Below, one piece after another: positions 20,642 to 29,081 of a stretch of DNA of 64,000 nt. This DNA comes from a virus. The position numbers were made by a program, and so were the translations under genes. The stretch's first letter is position 1, and each line of letters opens with the position of its first letter. The notes beneath the pieces were generated by a model, which saw only the letters and a program-made list of their open reading frames with translations, did no database searches and was not told where the DNA came from. Location: IMG/VR virus record IMGVR_UViG_3300046170_000148, positions 32,001 through 96,000 of that record. One strand, written 5' to 3'.

Positions 20642-21562
20642 CTAGTCTTCCGCAGCGAGTTTCGCGAAGTAAGACAGTGTGTCATCATCGTCATCGGTTG
20701 ATGCGATGGCAGGTTCAGGCGCAGACTGAATGACTTGCGGTTCTGTTGCTTTTGGTTCAACAGTCTCGGCAGTCTGTGTCAGTGCTTCGTTCTTGACAGT
20801 TGCACCACCACCTGTTGCTTGACCCAGAACAGTTTCGAGACGTGCTTTCAACTCATCATAGGTTTTGTAACTTGATGCATCGGTGAACTCAGTGACCTCG
20901 TGCAACTGATTGTAGGTTGCTTCGAGTTTGGTCTCATCGGCATCGAACAACGCAGCGGGTGCTTTGAACTCTGACTTGTCATAGTTACGATATCCTGCAA
21001 CGTTACGAATCTTCAGTTGGAAGTTCGCACCAGCCCAGAAGTCAAACGGATTGATTGGTGTTTCGCCAGGAAACTCTGGTTGCATCTTGTCCATAACCTT
21101 ATCAAAGATTTTCTTACCATAGTCATACAGGAATACCTTACCCTCATTCTGAGGATTGGCAGGGTCACTGATAACAATGATGTTAGAGACGTGATGCAGA
21201 CGGCGTTTCTGTTTACGCGCAGTTTCTTTGTCTTCCTCGATACCAGAGTTCCAAAGACGTGAGTTGTATTCACTCACAGGGTCATTGTTACCCAGAGTAG
21301 TCAGAGACTTCTCAACATACCATTGACCAGTCGGGCCTTTGAAGAAGTGGTCGAAGTAACGAACCCACGGGAGTTCCTGACCTTCGACAGCAGGAAGAAA
21401 ACGAATCTCTGCGTATCCGTTACCAGCGTCATCGACAGTTGGTTTCCAGAAACGTAGGTCTTCATATTTGTTTTTGGTTTGTTTTGTGCCAGACATTTCT
21501 TGGGCAGCAGATGCCAGTTTAGAAATATCAGGACGATTAGATTTTAGATTTGCAAAAGACAT
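20642..21562 (-). CDS. gp32: Single-stranded DNA-binding protein gp32
   Basis: D.RFWKP.VD.AGNGYA.IRFLP, HFFKGPTGQWYVE, DP.NPQNEGKVFL, NPFDFW.GANF.LKIR...YRNYDKSEF, acidic tail SYFAKLA. Confidence 0.97.
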   Translation of the reverse strand: MSFANLKSNRPDISKLASAAQEMSGTKQTKNKYEDLRFWKPTVDDAGNGYAEIRFLPAVEGQELPWVRYFDHFFKGPTGQWYVEKSLTTLGNNDPVSEYNSRLWNSGIEEDKETARKQKRRLHHVSNIIVISDPANPQNEGKVFLYDYGKKIFDKVMDKMQPEFPGETPINPFDFWAGANFQLKIRNVAGYRNYDKSEFKAPAALFDADETKLEATYNQLHEVTEFTDASSYKTYDELKARLETVLGQATGGGATVKNEALTQTAETVEPKATEPQVIQSAPEPAIASTDDDDDTLSYFAKLAAED

Positions 21563-21598
21563 TTGTATTCTCCGTATATTTGCGTATTATGTGTATTC

Positions 21599-21627
21599 AT
21601 TGTATCATAATATAGTGTATTTGTCAA
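21599..21627 (-). promoter_or_regulatory. Sigma70-type promoter for gp32
   Basis: TTGACA-N17-TACAAT. Confidence 0.75.
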
Positions 21628-21636
21628 TACATTTAT

Positions 21637-21912
21637 TTATTCGGATAAGGATTTTGAGTTACCCTTATCCAGATAATTGAGTTTCATTGCTTCCATCTCA
21701 ATTCTCTGCTTAATTGATGTGGAGAGATATTTCTTCACATCTTCAACCTCTATCGTATTTTCTAGACAGAGGTGAATTACAGCGTCCATATAGGACAGAC
21801 TGTTTCGTTTAACGGTGTCCTCAATCATACGAGAGAACTTCTTCTTACTTAGAAAGTTTGCCTCCTCGTTTGAGTCAGAGTCAACACCACCAATAATTAA
21901 ATCAACCTTCAA
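21637..21912 (-). CDS. gp33: Late transcription co-activator gp33
   Basis: FS..IE..V....SYMDAV..C....IE.E......S...K..IE.EA..LNYL; adjacent to gp32. Confidence 0.85.
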   Translation of the reverse strand: MKVDLIIGGVDSDSNEEANFLSKKKFSRMIEDTVKRNSLSYMDAVIHLCLENTIEVEDVKKYLSTSIKQRIEMEAMKLNYLDKGNSKSLSE

Positions 21913-22358
21913 GTTCTTCTTTCAACTCCTTAGACCACATACCAACATCATCATACCAGACACCGACTGTGCGTTTCACTTCACCGTATTCATCATAAAG
22001 CTTTCGCAAGACAACGATATTTAATTTTACTCTCACGGTCTTCTCCATAACGAAAGTCTAACCAGACACCACTAGTCAAATATTTTTTCATATTATAGAT
22101 GTAGACTTCAAGGTCTTTGTATTGGGCTCTCTCAGTATACTTACTAGATTTCTTGAGATGCCTAATACCTTTTAGTTCCAACTCACAGGACTTAATCCAT
22201 TGCTTCACTTTCTTCCAATGAAGGTAATGGTCTTCAGGAAGGTCACGAATACTCTCGTGAACTCCCATCCGACCATCGTGACCTCGTGCTGCCCGTGCTT
22301 TCGCAAGACGTTCAGACGCAGCCTTCTTCTGTTCCGCAGTGAGTTTTCTCTTTGCCAT
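21902..22358 (-). CDS. Conserved hypothetical phage protein (extra T near 22000)
   Basis: ORF 21993-22358 continues as AYDEYGEVKRTVGVWY...* after removing one base. Confidence 0.65.
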
Positions 22359-22361
22359 ACA

Positions 22362-22634
22362 CTATATAGTGTCGAAAGTTTGCAAAGTATTTACACGGAA
22401 AGAACGCCACCCCTCTACATCAAGGTCATAAACACGAACAACTTCTTTTTTATCTTGAAGATGTTTTCTCCTGTCAGGGTCACCATCAGGACGAGGAATG
22501 TAATCCTCTTTCAGTGTAGCTCGCATGTTGCGAACTTGACCATCTTTCACTTTGATGAAAGACAGACGAACAATTCCATTTTCTAATTGTTCGATTATAT
22601 TATCATATGTTAAATCAATTCCAGTCATTGTCAT
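22362..22634 (-). CDS. WYL_2/SH3-like beta-barrel protein
   Basis: L..G.V...F.K.DG..R.M.ATL...VYDLD..GWRSFR. Confidence 0.75.
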   Translation of the reverse strand: MTMTGIDLTYDNIIEQLENGIVRLSFIKVKDGQVRNMRATLKEDYIPRPDGDPDRRKHLQDKKEVVRVYDLDVEGWRSFRVNTLQTFDTI

Positions 22635-22797
22635 ATCCTACTGTGTCTTGATAAGAGTTGGTAACACCAATCTCATCGAAATAATCTTTTGTGTCATTCC
22701 AATACAGAACGTCACGGTTATCATAGTCACCTTCGAACAGGTCTTCAGCAACTTTCTTTTTACGGCGGTCAATCATTATGCACACTCCTTCCACCAA
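22615..22797 (-). CDS. Hypothetical acidic protein
   Basis: 60 aa ORF overlapping neighbours on the same strand. Confidence 0.5.
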   Translation of the reverse strand: MVEGVCIMIDRRKKKVAEDLFEGDYDNRDVLYWNDTKDYFDEIGVTNSYQDTVGYDNDWN

Positions 22798-23315
22798 TCA
22801 GGTTCATCACGATTTGTCCATTTAGCAAATGAACGTTTCTCATTCAAGTAGTAGAAGCGATATGCATCTACTGGGTCTTCGCGTTTGCAATAGTCAGGCA
22901 TTGCTTGAGCGAATTTCGTCAATCCCACTTTGGGGATGTTCTTAGGTATGTTGAGTAGTATATCAGATAAACGAGTATCTGTCAAGTGATATTTTCCATA
23001 CCGATGTGTATATTCTTTACACGCACTACGAAAGTGACGATACAACCAGAAGTAGTTATCATCAGACTCACGCAACCAGATATTTGATGGGTGGTTGACA
23101 TGAGATGCCTTGTAGAGTTGATTGTCAAGTGTTGGATGTTTCCAACGAGCAATCTTACGGCCATTCACAGTCTTACCATAATAGTGTTCACCATCAAGCA
23201 CACGATGTGCGGTTGACATTAGTTGAGCATACTCGACAATCATCTTGACAACATGTTTGTCAAGCATCATCTGGGCTGCCTTGATAGGGTCATTGTCTAG
23301 GTGAAAGATATTCAT
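22776..23315 (-). CDS. Pyrimidine-dimer DNA glycosylase (endonuclease V/DenV-like)
   Basis: MNIFHLD.DP..AA....DKHVVKM..E.AQL.STAH, Y...H.NHPS..W.R.S..NY.WL, EYT.RYGK.H, QAMPD. Confidence 0.8.
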   Translation of the reverse strand: MNIFHLDNDPIKAAQMMLDKHVVKMIVEYAQLMSTAHRVLDGEHYYGKTVNGRKIARWKHPTLDNQLYKASHVNHPSNIWLRESDDNYFWLYRHFRSACKEYTHRYGKYHLTDTRLSDILLNIPKNIPKVGLTKFAQAMPDYCKREDPVDAYRFYYLNEKRSFAKWTNRDEPDWWKECA

Positions 23316-23452
23316 TTCGGTAAGCACCCCACAATATGTTTGACGGTATCGACTTCCTTGAGAATCTCATAGGCATTCACACAGTGATTATAACTGGTGA
23401 ACTCCACGACTTCGACACTACCTGTCATCGTAAATAAAACTAGAAAATACAT
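23312..23452 (-). CDS. Small hypothetical protein
   Basis: MYFLVLFTMTGSVEVVEFTSYNHCVNAYEILKEVDTVKHIVGCLPK*, coupled to neighbours. Confidence 0.5.
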   Translation of the reverse strand: MYFLVLFTMTGSVEVVEFTSYNHCVNAYEILKEVDTVKHIVGCLPK

Positions 23453-23754
23453 CATACCAAATTCTCAATCTCTTTTAATACATCAGCAACTTCTTGAAAG
23501 GTCAAATGACCAATCACATCATCAGCGATAGTTGTATTGTAACACAAGTTTCCATTAATGTCAAGCACCGCGACTTCGAAAAGTCCATCGGTGTTGCCAT
23601 ACGAACTCTGATTACAAATCACAGATGCACCGTATCCATTATCAAAAGTATATGTATTCTGATACTGATTACGTTTCCTTATCGACACATGACTTACATT
23701 ACGCTCCGACTGCATTGTAGTAACCCTCCGCTTGAACACGAAACTTAGCTTCAT
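23452..23754 (-). CDS. Hypothetical phage protein (start uncertain)
   Basis: F.NGYGASV....SYG...GLFEVAVL...T.I.DDVIG.LT...V motif common in phage early genes. Confidence 0.65.
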   Translation of the reverse strand: MKLSFVFKRRVTTMQSERNVSHVSIRKRNQYQNTYTFDNGYGASVICNQSSYGNTDGLFEVAVLDINGNLCYNTTIADDVIGHLTFQEVADVLKEIENLV

Positions 23755-23947
23755 TCATAATCTGTTCTTTGACGAACAACTCTGAGCCTGTGAACCACGC
23801 ACACGCATCCTGCATGTCGTTGAACTCAGCAATCGGAATGACCGTATCAATCGGGTCTTTCCAGTTGTCCATGCCTTCTGTGAGAGTGTCAAACTTCTCA
23901 CGGAGAACATCAATACGTTCATCAGTAGCAAATGTCAATAACGCCAT
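23699..23947 (-). CDS. Hypothetical phage protein
   Basis: NWKDPID..I.......AC.WFTG...V.A.GYY..VGA. Confidence 0.65.
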   Translation of the reverse strand: MALLTFATDERIDVLREKFDTLTEGMDNWKDPIDTVIPIAEFNDMQDACAWFTGSELFVKEQIMNEAKFRVQAEGYYNAVGA

Positions 23948-24147
23948 TACAGAACCTCCACAACCATTTTGATAAAGTCTTCTAGGGGCATATCAACTTC
24001 CCAGTCTTTTAGACCCTCAACCGTAACATAGTCACGGCGGTCACTGCCAGGCCCATCAAGGACACTAGTGAGTGTGACAGTCTTCTCAACCGAACCCGCA
24101 ACAGGCTCCCATGCATTCACAACAATTTGTTTACCAATCAATTCCAT
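23947..24147 (-). CDS. Hypothetical protein
   Basis: 66 aa; preceded by AAGGA SD and a sigma70 promoter. Confidence 0.6.
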   Translation of the reverse strand: MELIGKQIVVNAWEPVAGSVEKTVTLTSVLDGPGSDRRDYVTVEGLKDWEVDMPLEDFIKMVVEVL

Positions 24148-24174
24148 AATCTTTTATCCTTTCGACTATACTTG

Positions 24175-24203
24175 ATTATTACATATCTCGCGGAATTTGT
24201 CAA
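24175..24203 (-). promoter_or_regulatory. Sigma70-type early promoter
   Basis: TTGACA-N16/17-TAATAAT. Confidence 0.65.
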
Positions 24204-24333
24204 GCAAAAAATACTCATTAGTGTGAATATATTGTTCGAACTCGTAAACCTCTTGACCAAACGCCTTACGCTCTTTACAGTTCTCGCGATACATCTCACG
24301 AAGGAAAAGTTCAAAATTCATCAGTCTACCTTT

Positions 24334-24588
24334 CTAATAATTCCACTTAGAGAACCCATGACGAGCATCAAACTTCAACATCGTTCTTCCACTGCCACGC
24401 TTATCACTCCTGTAATTAGCAATCTGCACCTTCAAATGATTAGACTTATCCCAGTCTTTATTCTTCCGTGCCACTCTCAGTTCTGTATTAAGTCTCTTCC
24501 AGATACGCTCATTGGCTGCTTTACGCTCCGCCTCTATACTCTTTAGAAGGTCTCGCTTATTCTTCCACTCATGCCATATATAAAACAT
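24334..24588 (-). CDS. Hypothetical basic protein
   Basis: 84 aa ORF in early cluster. Confidence 0.55.
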   Translation of the reverse strand: MFYIWHEWKNKRDLLKSIEAERKAANERIWKRLNTELRVARKNKDWDKSNHLKVQIANYRSDKRGSGRTMLKFDARHGFSKWNY

Positions 24589-24743
24589 CAGTTCACCTCA
24601 CGAAACTGATAGAGGAACATCTCTGCGTCACGCAAGTGCATGAACCCTTCGATATATGTTTCCTGTTGAAACGGATAGACCCTGACTTCCCACAGTCCGT
24701 CTTTAGTCTGACCCAAAAATTCTACCATAGTTTCAGTATGCAT
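24588..24743 (-). CDS. Small hypothetical protein
   Basis: MHTETMVEFLGQTKDGLWEVRVYPFQQETYIEGFMHLRDAEMFLYQFREVN*. Confidence 0.5.
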   Translation of the reverse strand: MHTETMVEFLGQTKDGLWEVRVYPFQQETYIEGFMHLRDAEMFLYQFREVN

Positions 24744-24888
24744 CGTTCATATCCTCTCCAAATTCTTCAATCAAAGCATCGTGTTCAGGCGTTCCTGCAT
24801 AATACTCACAGAAACTATCTACACAGTGGCCACTGATATCGTTGTCTTCACCACAATAGTCACACTGTCCATAATCAAATTCATCCAT
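24733..24888 (-). CDS. Small acidic Cys-containing protein
   Basis: MDEFDYGQCDYCGEDNDISGHCVDSFCEYY...; GAGGA SD upstream. Confidence 0.55.
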   Translation of the reverse strand: MDEFDYGQCDYCGEDNDISGHCVDSFCEYYAGTPEHDALIEEFGEDMNDAY

Positions 24889-24917
24889 AATGTATTCCTC
24901 TCTCAATCTCTATATAC

Positions 24918-24946
24918 ATATTACGACAAAAAACATCTTTTGTCAA
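24918..24946 (-). promoter_or_regulatory. Sigma70-type early promoter
   Basis: TTGACA-N17-TAATAT. Confidence 0.75.
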
Positions 24947-24958
24947 GTGTTTTTTTCA

Positions 24959-24966
24959 TATAAATA
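24959..24966 (+). promoter_or_regulatory. T4-type late promoter TATAAATA
   Basis: Exact consensus; AGGAG SD and ATG 24985 follow. Confidence 0.75.
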
Positions 24967-24984
24967 GAAGAAAAGGAGACTGAC

Positions 24985-25254
24985 ATGTCTGACGAATTAT
25001 TTGATTTTGGGTTTACCCTTGTAGATGAGAACGAACTGGAAGCAGTCCAGACTGCCACCGCACAGGTCGCATCAGTGTCCTCTAACGTGGAAGAGACCCA
25101 AGAGAAACTCAATAAACTCTATAATGCAATCCAACCGTTGTTGAACAACCTGAAGTTGAATCCTGAAAAGGAATACATCCTATGGCCTAATCGCACGGAG
25201 AAGATTGAACAGTTCGAAGACCATATTCAATCAATCTATCAAGGCGATAAGTAA
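24985..25254 (+). CDS. Conserved hypothetical T4-like protein
   Basis: FDFGFTLVDE.EL...LY.AI.PLL.NLK.NPEKEYI.WPNR; strong SD. Confidence 0.75.
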   Translation: MSDELFDFGFTLVDENELEAVQTATAQVASVSSNVEETQEKLNKLYNAIQPLLNNLKLNPEKEYILWPNRTEKIEQFEDHIQSIYQGDK

Positions 25255-25991
25255 TGTTTCTCAATCAATACCAACCGTTTGCGTATGACTCAAAGGGTAA
25301 TATTAGGTCTAATTATCTAGAGAGTTTGTGGAAAAATAATACATTCGAAACACTGGAAGAGAATGTAAAAAAAGTTTACAAATCACGATTGACTGGCAAA
25401 GAAATCGCATATCTTTCTACAGAGGCATCAATCTTAGATACATTGATGATTATGAAAAAGTTTGAGAACGTCCTGATAGTTTCTACATATGATAATGAAA
25501 ATGTCAGATTGACCAATGAAGAATATACGCCTGTCAGAAGTTATGGTCACCACTTCTTACCGATTATTCACAAGTTAAATGGAAGTGAATATGGTTTGTA
25601 TGTGGCAAATACTAATACATCAGAAAATATGTTCACGAAACTCTATGATGTATACGGTGTCAATAAGATTAATATATCAGACGGATATGTATTAGATAAT
25701 AATAAAGTAAAAATTGACAGCAGTGTTAAGTTTGATGCTATTATTCTAATAAACGCAAAGGGTATGAAGAAGGGAAAGTATCAAGCTAAAAATGTAAAGA
25801 AAGCTTTTGCTCCATACGGAACGGAAGATTTTGTATTGATTGATTTGTTCGGGGGGAGTGAAAGAACTCTTCAACCTACTAAAAACACAACAGAAGATAC
25901 ATTCAGTAAAATTGCATCCATACATAGAAGTAATGACAAATTTTATAATAACATCTCAAATCAATTGAAACAAGTATATAAGGTCTATTAG
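25254..25991 (+). CDS. Hypothetical protein, degenerate Rossmann/methyltransferase-like; paralog of the next gene
   Basis: AT-rich; KFDAIIL...KNVKKAFAPYGTEDFVLIDLF. Confidence 0.6.
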   Translation: MFLNQYQPFAYDSKGNIRSNYLESLWKNNTFETLEENVKKVYKSRLTGKEIAYLSTEASILDTLMIMKKFENVLIVSTYDNENVRLTNEEYTPVRSYGHHFLPIIHKLNGSEYGLYVANTNTSENMFTKLYDVYGVNKINISDGYVLDNNKVKIDSSVKFDAIILINAKGMKKGKYQAKNVKKAFAPYGTEDFVLIDLFGGSERTLQPTKNTTEDTFSKIASIHRSNDKFYNNISNQLKQVYKVY

Positions 25992-25992
25992 T

Positions 25993-26841
25993 ATGAGTCA
26001 AGAGTTACATATCTATACAGGTGAAGATGATAAAATCGACCTAGTAAATTTCAACGACCTTGGGATGTGTTATATTAATCTTGCTGATGAAATCGAACAA
26101 TACTTTGTTGATAACTGGGAAAATCTCGGCGAATCTATAAATTACCCTGATGTGTATAAAGTAGCTGCTGGTGGTATATTCCAAAATGGCGTGTTCATGA
26201 ATAATCTTTTATACAAAATGGGTAAAAGAAATGTTTTGTTTGTAACAAACTATAACGATTCTGATATGAGTGATGGTTTTTTACTTAGTGACATATCTGG
26301 TGTGACAAATCCTAGCGCTACGAAAGCTAATCTTGGCGAACTTTGGACACCTATGGTTAAACATTTTGGAGCTTTTGTAAAATTCACATCCGCTTTTAAA
26401 CCTAATGATATGAGTTTGGTAAAATATCTACACGGTAGATATGGTGTTCCCGCAACTAATTGTAATGAGAAATACGAACTAGGTATGACTGATTGGGAGA
26501 TTGAAACTCCATCTTCAAAATACGATGTTGTTATATTGTCGGGTATTCCAAATCCTAGTGGTCAGGTTCATAGCGCGGAAGATATTAAATCAGTCTTCGC
26601 GCCATACTGCACCGACGATTTTATTCTTTTTGATATGTTTGAATCTGAACAATCTAGACTAGACTATGTTAAGTTGTGGCCCAATTTTGATGTAGACGAA
26701 TTGAAAAGAATTGGGTCTGAGAGAACTCAAAGAATCGAAGGTGATAAATTAGACTTTATAGAGGAATGTAGAACTATAAATACTTACAGTCTAACTTCTG
26801 AAAGAATTGAAGAATCGACCCAAGCTTTTCAACAGAATTAG
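25993..26841 (+). CDS. Hypothetical protein; paralog of the preceding gene
   Basis: KYDVVIL...EDIKSVFAPYCTDDFILFDMF. Confidence 0.6.
   Translation: MSQELHIYTGEDDKIDLVNFNDLGMCYINLADEIEQYFVDNWENLGESINYPDVYKVAAGGIFQNGVFMNNLLYKMGKRNVLFVTNYNDSDMSDGFLLSDISGVTNPSATKANLGELWTPMVKHFGAFVKFTSAFKPNDMSLVKYLHGRYGVPATNCNEKYELGMTDWEIETPSSKYDVVILSGIPNPSGQVHSAEDIKSVFAPYCTDDFILFDMFESEQSRLDYVKLWPNFDVDELKRIGSERTQRIEGDKLDFIEECRTINTYSLTSERIEESTQAFQQN
26775..26782 (+). promoter_or_regulatory. T4-type late promoter TATAAATA
   Basis: Exact consensus ~95 nt upstream of the kinase gene, inside the upstream CDS. Confidence 0.5.
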
Positions 26842-26877
26842 TGATATTTTGTTTGAATATTATGTGGATATTTTTTA

Positions 26878-27567
26878 ATGTTATCATTTAACCAATTCCA
26901 ATATATCGAAGAGGGTGTTAACGACCCTGCAATCTTCAAGGCAGTATTCCTTGCGGGTGGGCCTGGGTCTGGTAAATCTTTTATCGTAGGTAAGACTGGT
27001 CTTCCGCAACTTGGTTTCCGTGTTGTCAACTCTGACGATGCGTTTGAGGTCATGATGAAGAAGGCGGGTAAGGCAATGACCTCTGACGAGATTTTCTCTG
27101 ATGAGGGTCAAGCGATTCGTGGTAGAGCAAAAGCACAGACCAGACTGAAACAAGACATATACATGAAGGGTCGCCTTGGTTTAGTTATTGATGGAACTGG
27201 TAAAGACGTAAATAAAATCATCAAACAAGCAAAAGAACTACAAGACTTAGGGTATGACACTAAGATGATTCTCGTGAATACCGACATTGAGACCGCAATC
27301 AAGAGAGACTCACAGAGAACACGTTCACTTGGTAAGAAGAAGGTTACCGAATACTGGAACACCGTTCAGAAGAATATTGGTGGGCTACAAACTGTTTTTG
27401 GTAAGAAAAACTTTATGATAGTAGATAACTCAGAGGGCAAGGACTATCAGAAAGAAACTCTTCGTGCATATCGTGATGTGAAGAAGTTTATAAGTAAAGA
27501 CCCTGAGAACCCACTCGCCAAGAAGTGGATTAAACAAGAAAAAGAGAAGCGCGGTATTACTCGTTAA
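26878..27567 (+). CDS. Zeta-toxin-like P-loop kinase
   Basis: KAVFLAGGPGSGKS (Walker A), VNSDD.FE, LVIDGTG, LGY...MI.VNT..ETA..R...R.R. Confidence 0.8.
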   Translation: MLSFNQFQYIEEGVNDPAIFKAVFLAGGPGSGKSFIVGKTGLPQLGFRVVNSDDAFEVMMKKAGKAMTSDEIFSDEGQAIRGRAKAQTRLKQDIYMKGRLGLVIDGTGKDVNKIIKQAKELQDLGYDTKMILVNTDIETAIKRDSQRTRSLGKKKVTEYWNTVQKNIGGLQTVFGKKNFMIVDNSEGKDYQKETLRAYRDVKKFISKDPENPLAKKWIKQEKEKRGITR

Positions 27568-27755
27568 CCGTCAAGTGGATTTGGTCGCCACGAGGCTTTT
27601 CTGTAACTAACACTCATCTTTTCCAACTTACCTTCAAGGGTTACAACTCGTCTCTCTAAGTCTTCGATACGTTCTTTGTCGGTCAACATGACCTCACGAG
27701 ACTCACTAATCTTCCGACCCATATAATCCCAATAACTCTCACGCTTCATAACCAA
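27564..27755 (-). CDS. Hypothetical coiled-coil protein
   Basis: 63 aa; KERIEDLERRVVTLEGKL. Confidence 0.55.
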   Translation of the reverse strand: MVMKRESYWDYMGRKISESREVMLTDKERIEDLERRVVTLEGKLEKMSVSYRKASWRPNPLDG

Positions 27756-27909
27756 CTCTTCCTAGTCGGTGAAGAAGACTCGCAATCTTACGAGACTCTT
27801 CGTCATCCAAACTATTACCATAGTTGTGCATATACACTTGTAGTGCTTTACGGATTGTCGCATAGTCATCTGGAGCAAAGACTGCACGAGGTCTTAAATT
27901 ATCCGACAT
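27739..27909 (-). CDS. Small hypothetical protein
   Basis: MSDNLRPRAVFAPDDYATIRKALQVY...IASLLHRLGRVGYEA*. Confidence 0.55.
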   Translation of the reverse strand: MSDNLRPRAVFAPDDYATIRKALQVYMHNYGNSLDDEESRKIASLLHRLGRVGYEA

Positions 27910-28088
27910 TAGTCTTGCCGTTCAAAGTATTGAATACCTTCAGCAAGAATCAGAAAGATACCCGCTAGAAGACCAAGCCATGTGAAGTTGACAATATTAG
28001 TGCCAACTAATGCGCCGCCAATACAGACACCAACCATGTTAGATGCTGGTGTTTCGAAGAATGTTTTTACTTTATTCCAATATTCCAT
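27909..28088 (-). CDS. Small two-helix membrane protein
   Basis: MEYWNKVKTFFETPASNMVGVCIGGALVGTNIVNFTWLGLLAGIFLILAEGIQYFERQD*. Confidence 0.55.
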   Translation of the reverse strand: MEYWNKVKTFFETPASNMVGVCIGGALVGTNIVNFTWLGLLAGIFLILAEGIQYFERQD

Positions 28089-28091
28089 ATT

Positions 28092-28310
28092 CTAATCCTC
28101 GATGTAGATGATTTTGGAATTCTGAACAACAACCAACTTGTCACCTTTGACGAAGTTGTTGACACGCTTGTAGTAAGCGATGTCGGTGTTAGACAGACGG
28201 TCAAGGGAGAACCCTTCGTTCAGTCTGAAAAGACGATAGGTGTTGTTGTCGGCAGAAAGTTCAGGATGAACGTCCTGAAGGACTTGTTCGATTGTTACAG
28301 TTTCACTCAT
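28092..28310 (-). CDS. Hypothetical protein
   Basis: MSETVTIEQVLQDVHPEL...; GGAG SD just downstream of the tRNA. Confidence 0.6.
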   Translation of the reverse strand: MSETVTIEQVLQDVHPELSADNNTYRLFRLNEGFSLDRLSNTDIAYYKRVNNFVKGDKLVVVQNSKIIYIED

Positions 28311-28325
28311 TATATGCTCCATGTT

Positions 28326-28402
28326 TGGTGAACGCACAGGGACTTGAACCCCGAACCTACAGCTTAGAAGGCTGTTGCTCTATCCAGTTGAGCTATGCGT
28401 CC
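28326..28402 (-). tRNA. tRNA-Arg (anticodon UCU), CCA encoded
   Basis: GGACGCA-TAGCTCAACTGGATAGAGC-A-ACAGC-CTTCTAA-GCTGT-AGGTT-CGGGG-TTCAAGT-CCCTG-TGCGTTC-A-CCA; complete cloverleaf. Confidence 0.95.
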
Positions 28403-28441
28403 TCGATTGTTTTTATATAATAACACAATCGGTTGTCAAAG

Positions 28442-29081
28442 TCAAGACTTTTTTTTAGTCACTACGTTTATTTTTACATTATCTGGGACAGGAAACTTGA
28501 TATCACTATGGTTATGATACAGATGGAACTGGACTTTTTTGAATTCATTAAACATACCAACCCATACATGTCTCCAGTTATCATTCAGTCGAACTGTGTT
28601 CTGTGTTGAACGGTCTGATTCCAATAACAAGTCCGTGAAACTCTCTAGGTTCATATCGAAGATACTATCGAAACCGTAGATGTGAACCTCTGTTGCCTTC
28701 ATCTTTTTGCAAGCGTAGTGAACCGCAAAATGACCACAGTTGAAATTAGTGGCCGCCTGACCTTTGGATTGACCTTCTCGTGCTGCATACTCTGGAACTT
28801 CAAGATGAAAACCCTTGATAAGATGTGAGTATTTCATGTAGAATGTTCCGCTTTGTTCCATCCAAATCTTTGGACGATTACCCAGAACCCAATCATACAT
28901 GTCAAGTTTGATATGACCTTCTTGTAGTGCCATCATCATCTTGAAGTCAACCATACAGGTCGCCCAGACTTCCTTACGAGGAATTGCAAACGGTGGCATA
29001 TTACATATTAATAGTTTGCCCTTTGTCCCTCTCTGGAACATACCAGCGCTAGGGGCCATTTCCTAATACGTTAACTCTCAT
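28442..29081 (-). CDS. GNGPS-motif protein (sialyltransferase/MptE-DUF115-like fold); extra C near 29053
   Basis: Repaired N-terminus MRVNVLGNGPSAG; ICN; NCG..A..YA......VHIYGFD. Confidence 0.6.

Noticed and set aside
26878-27567. Zeta kinase as a classical toxin-antitoxin module
   Set aside because: No small upstream antitoxin is recognisable; late promoter and leader fit a virion enzyme better
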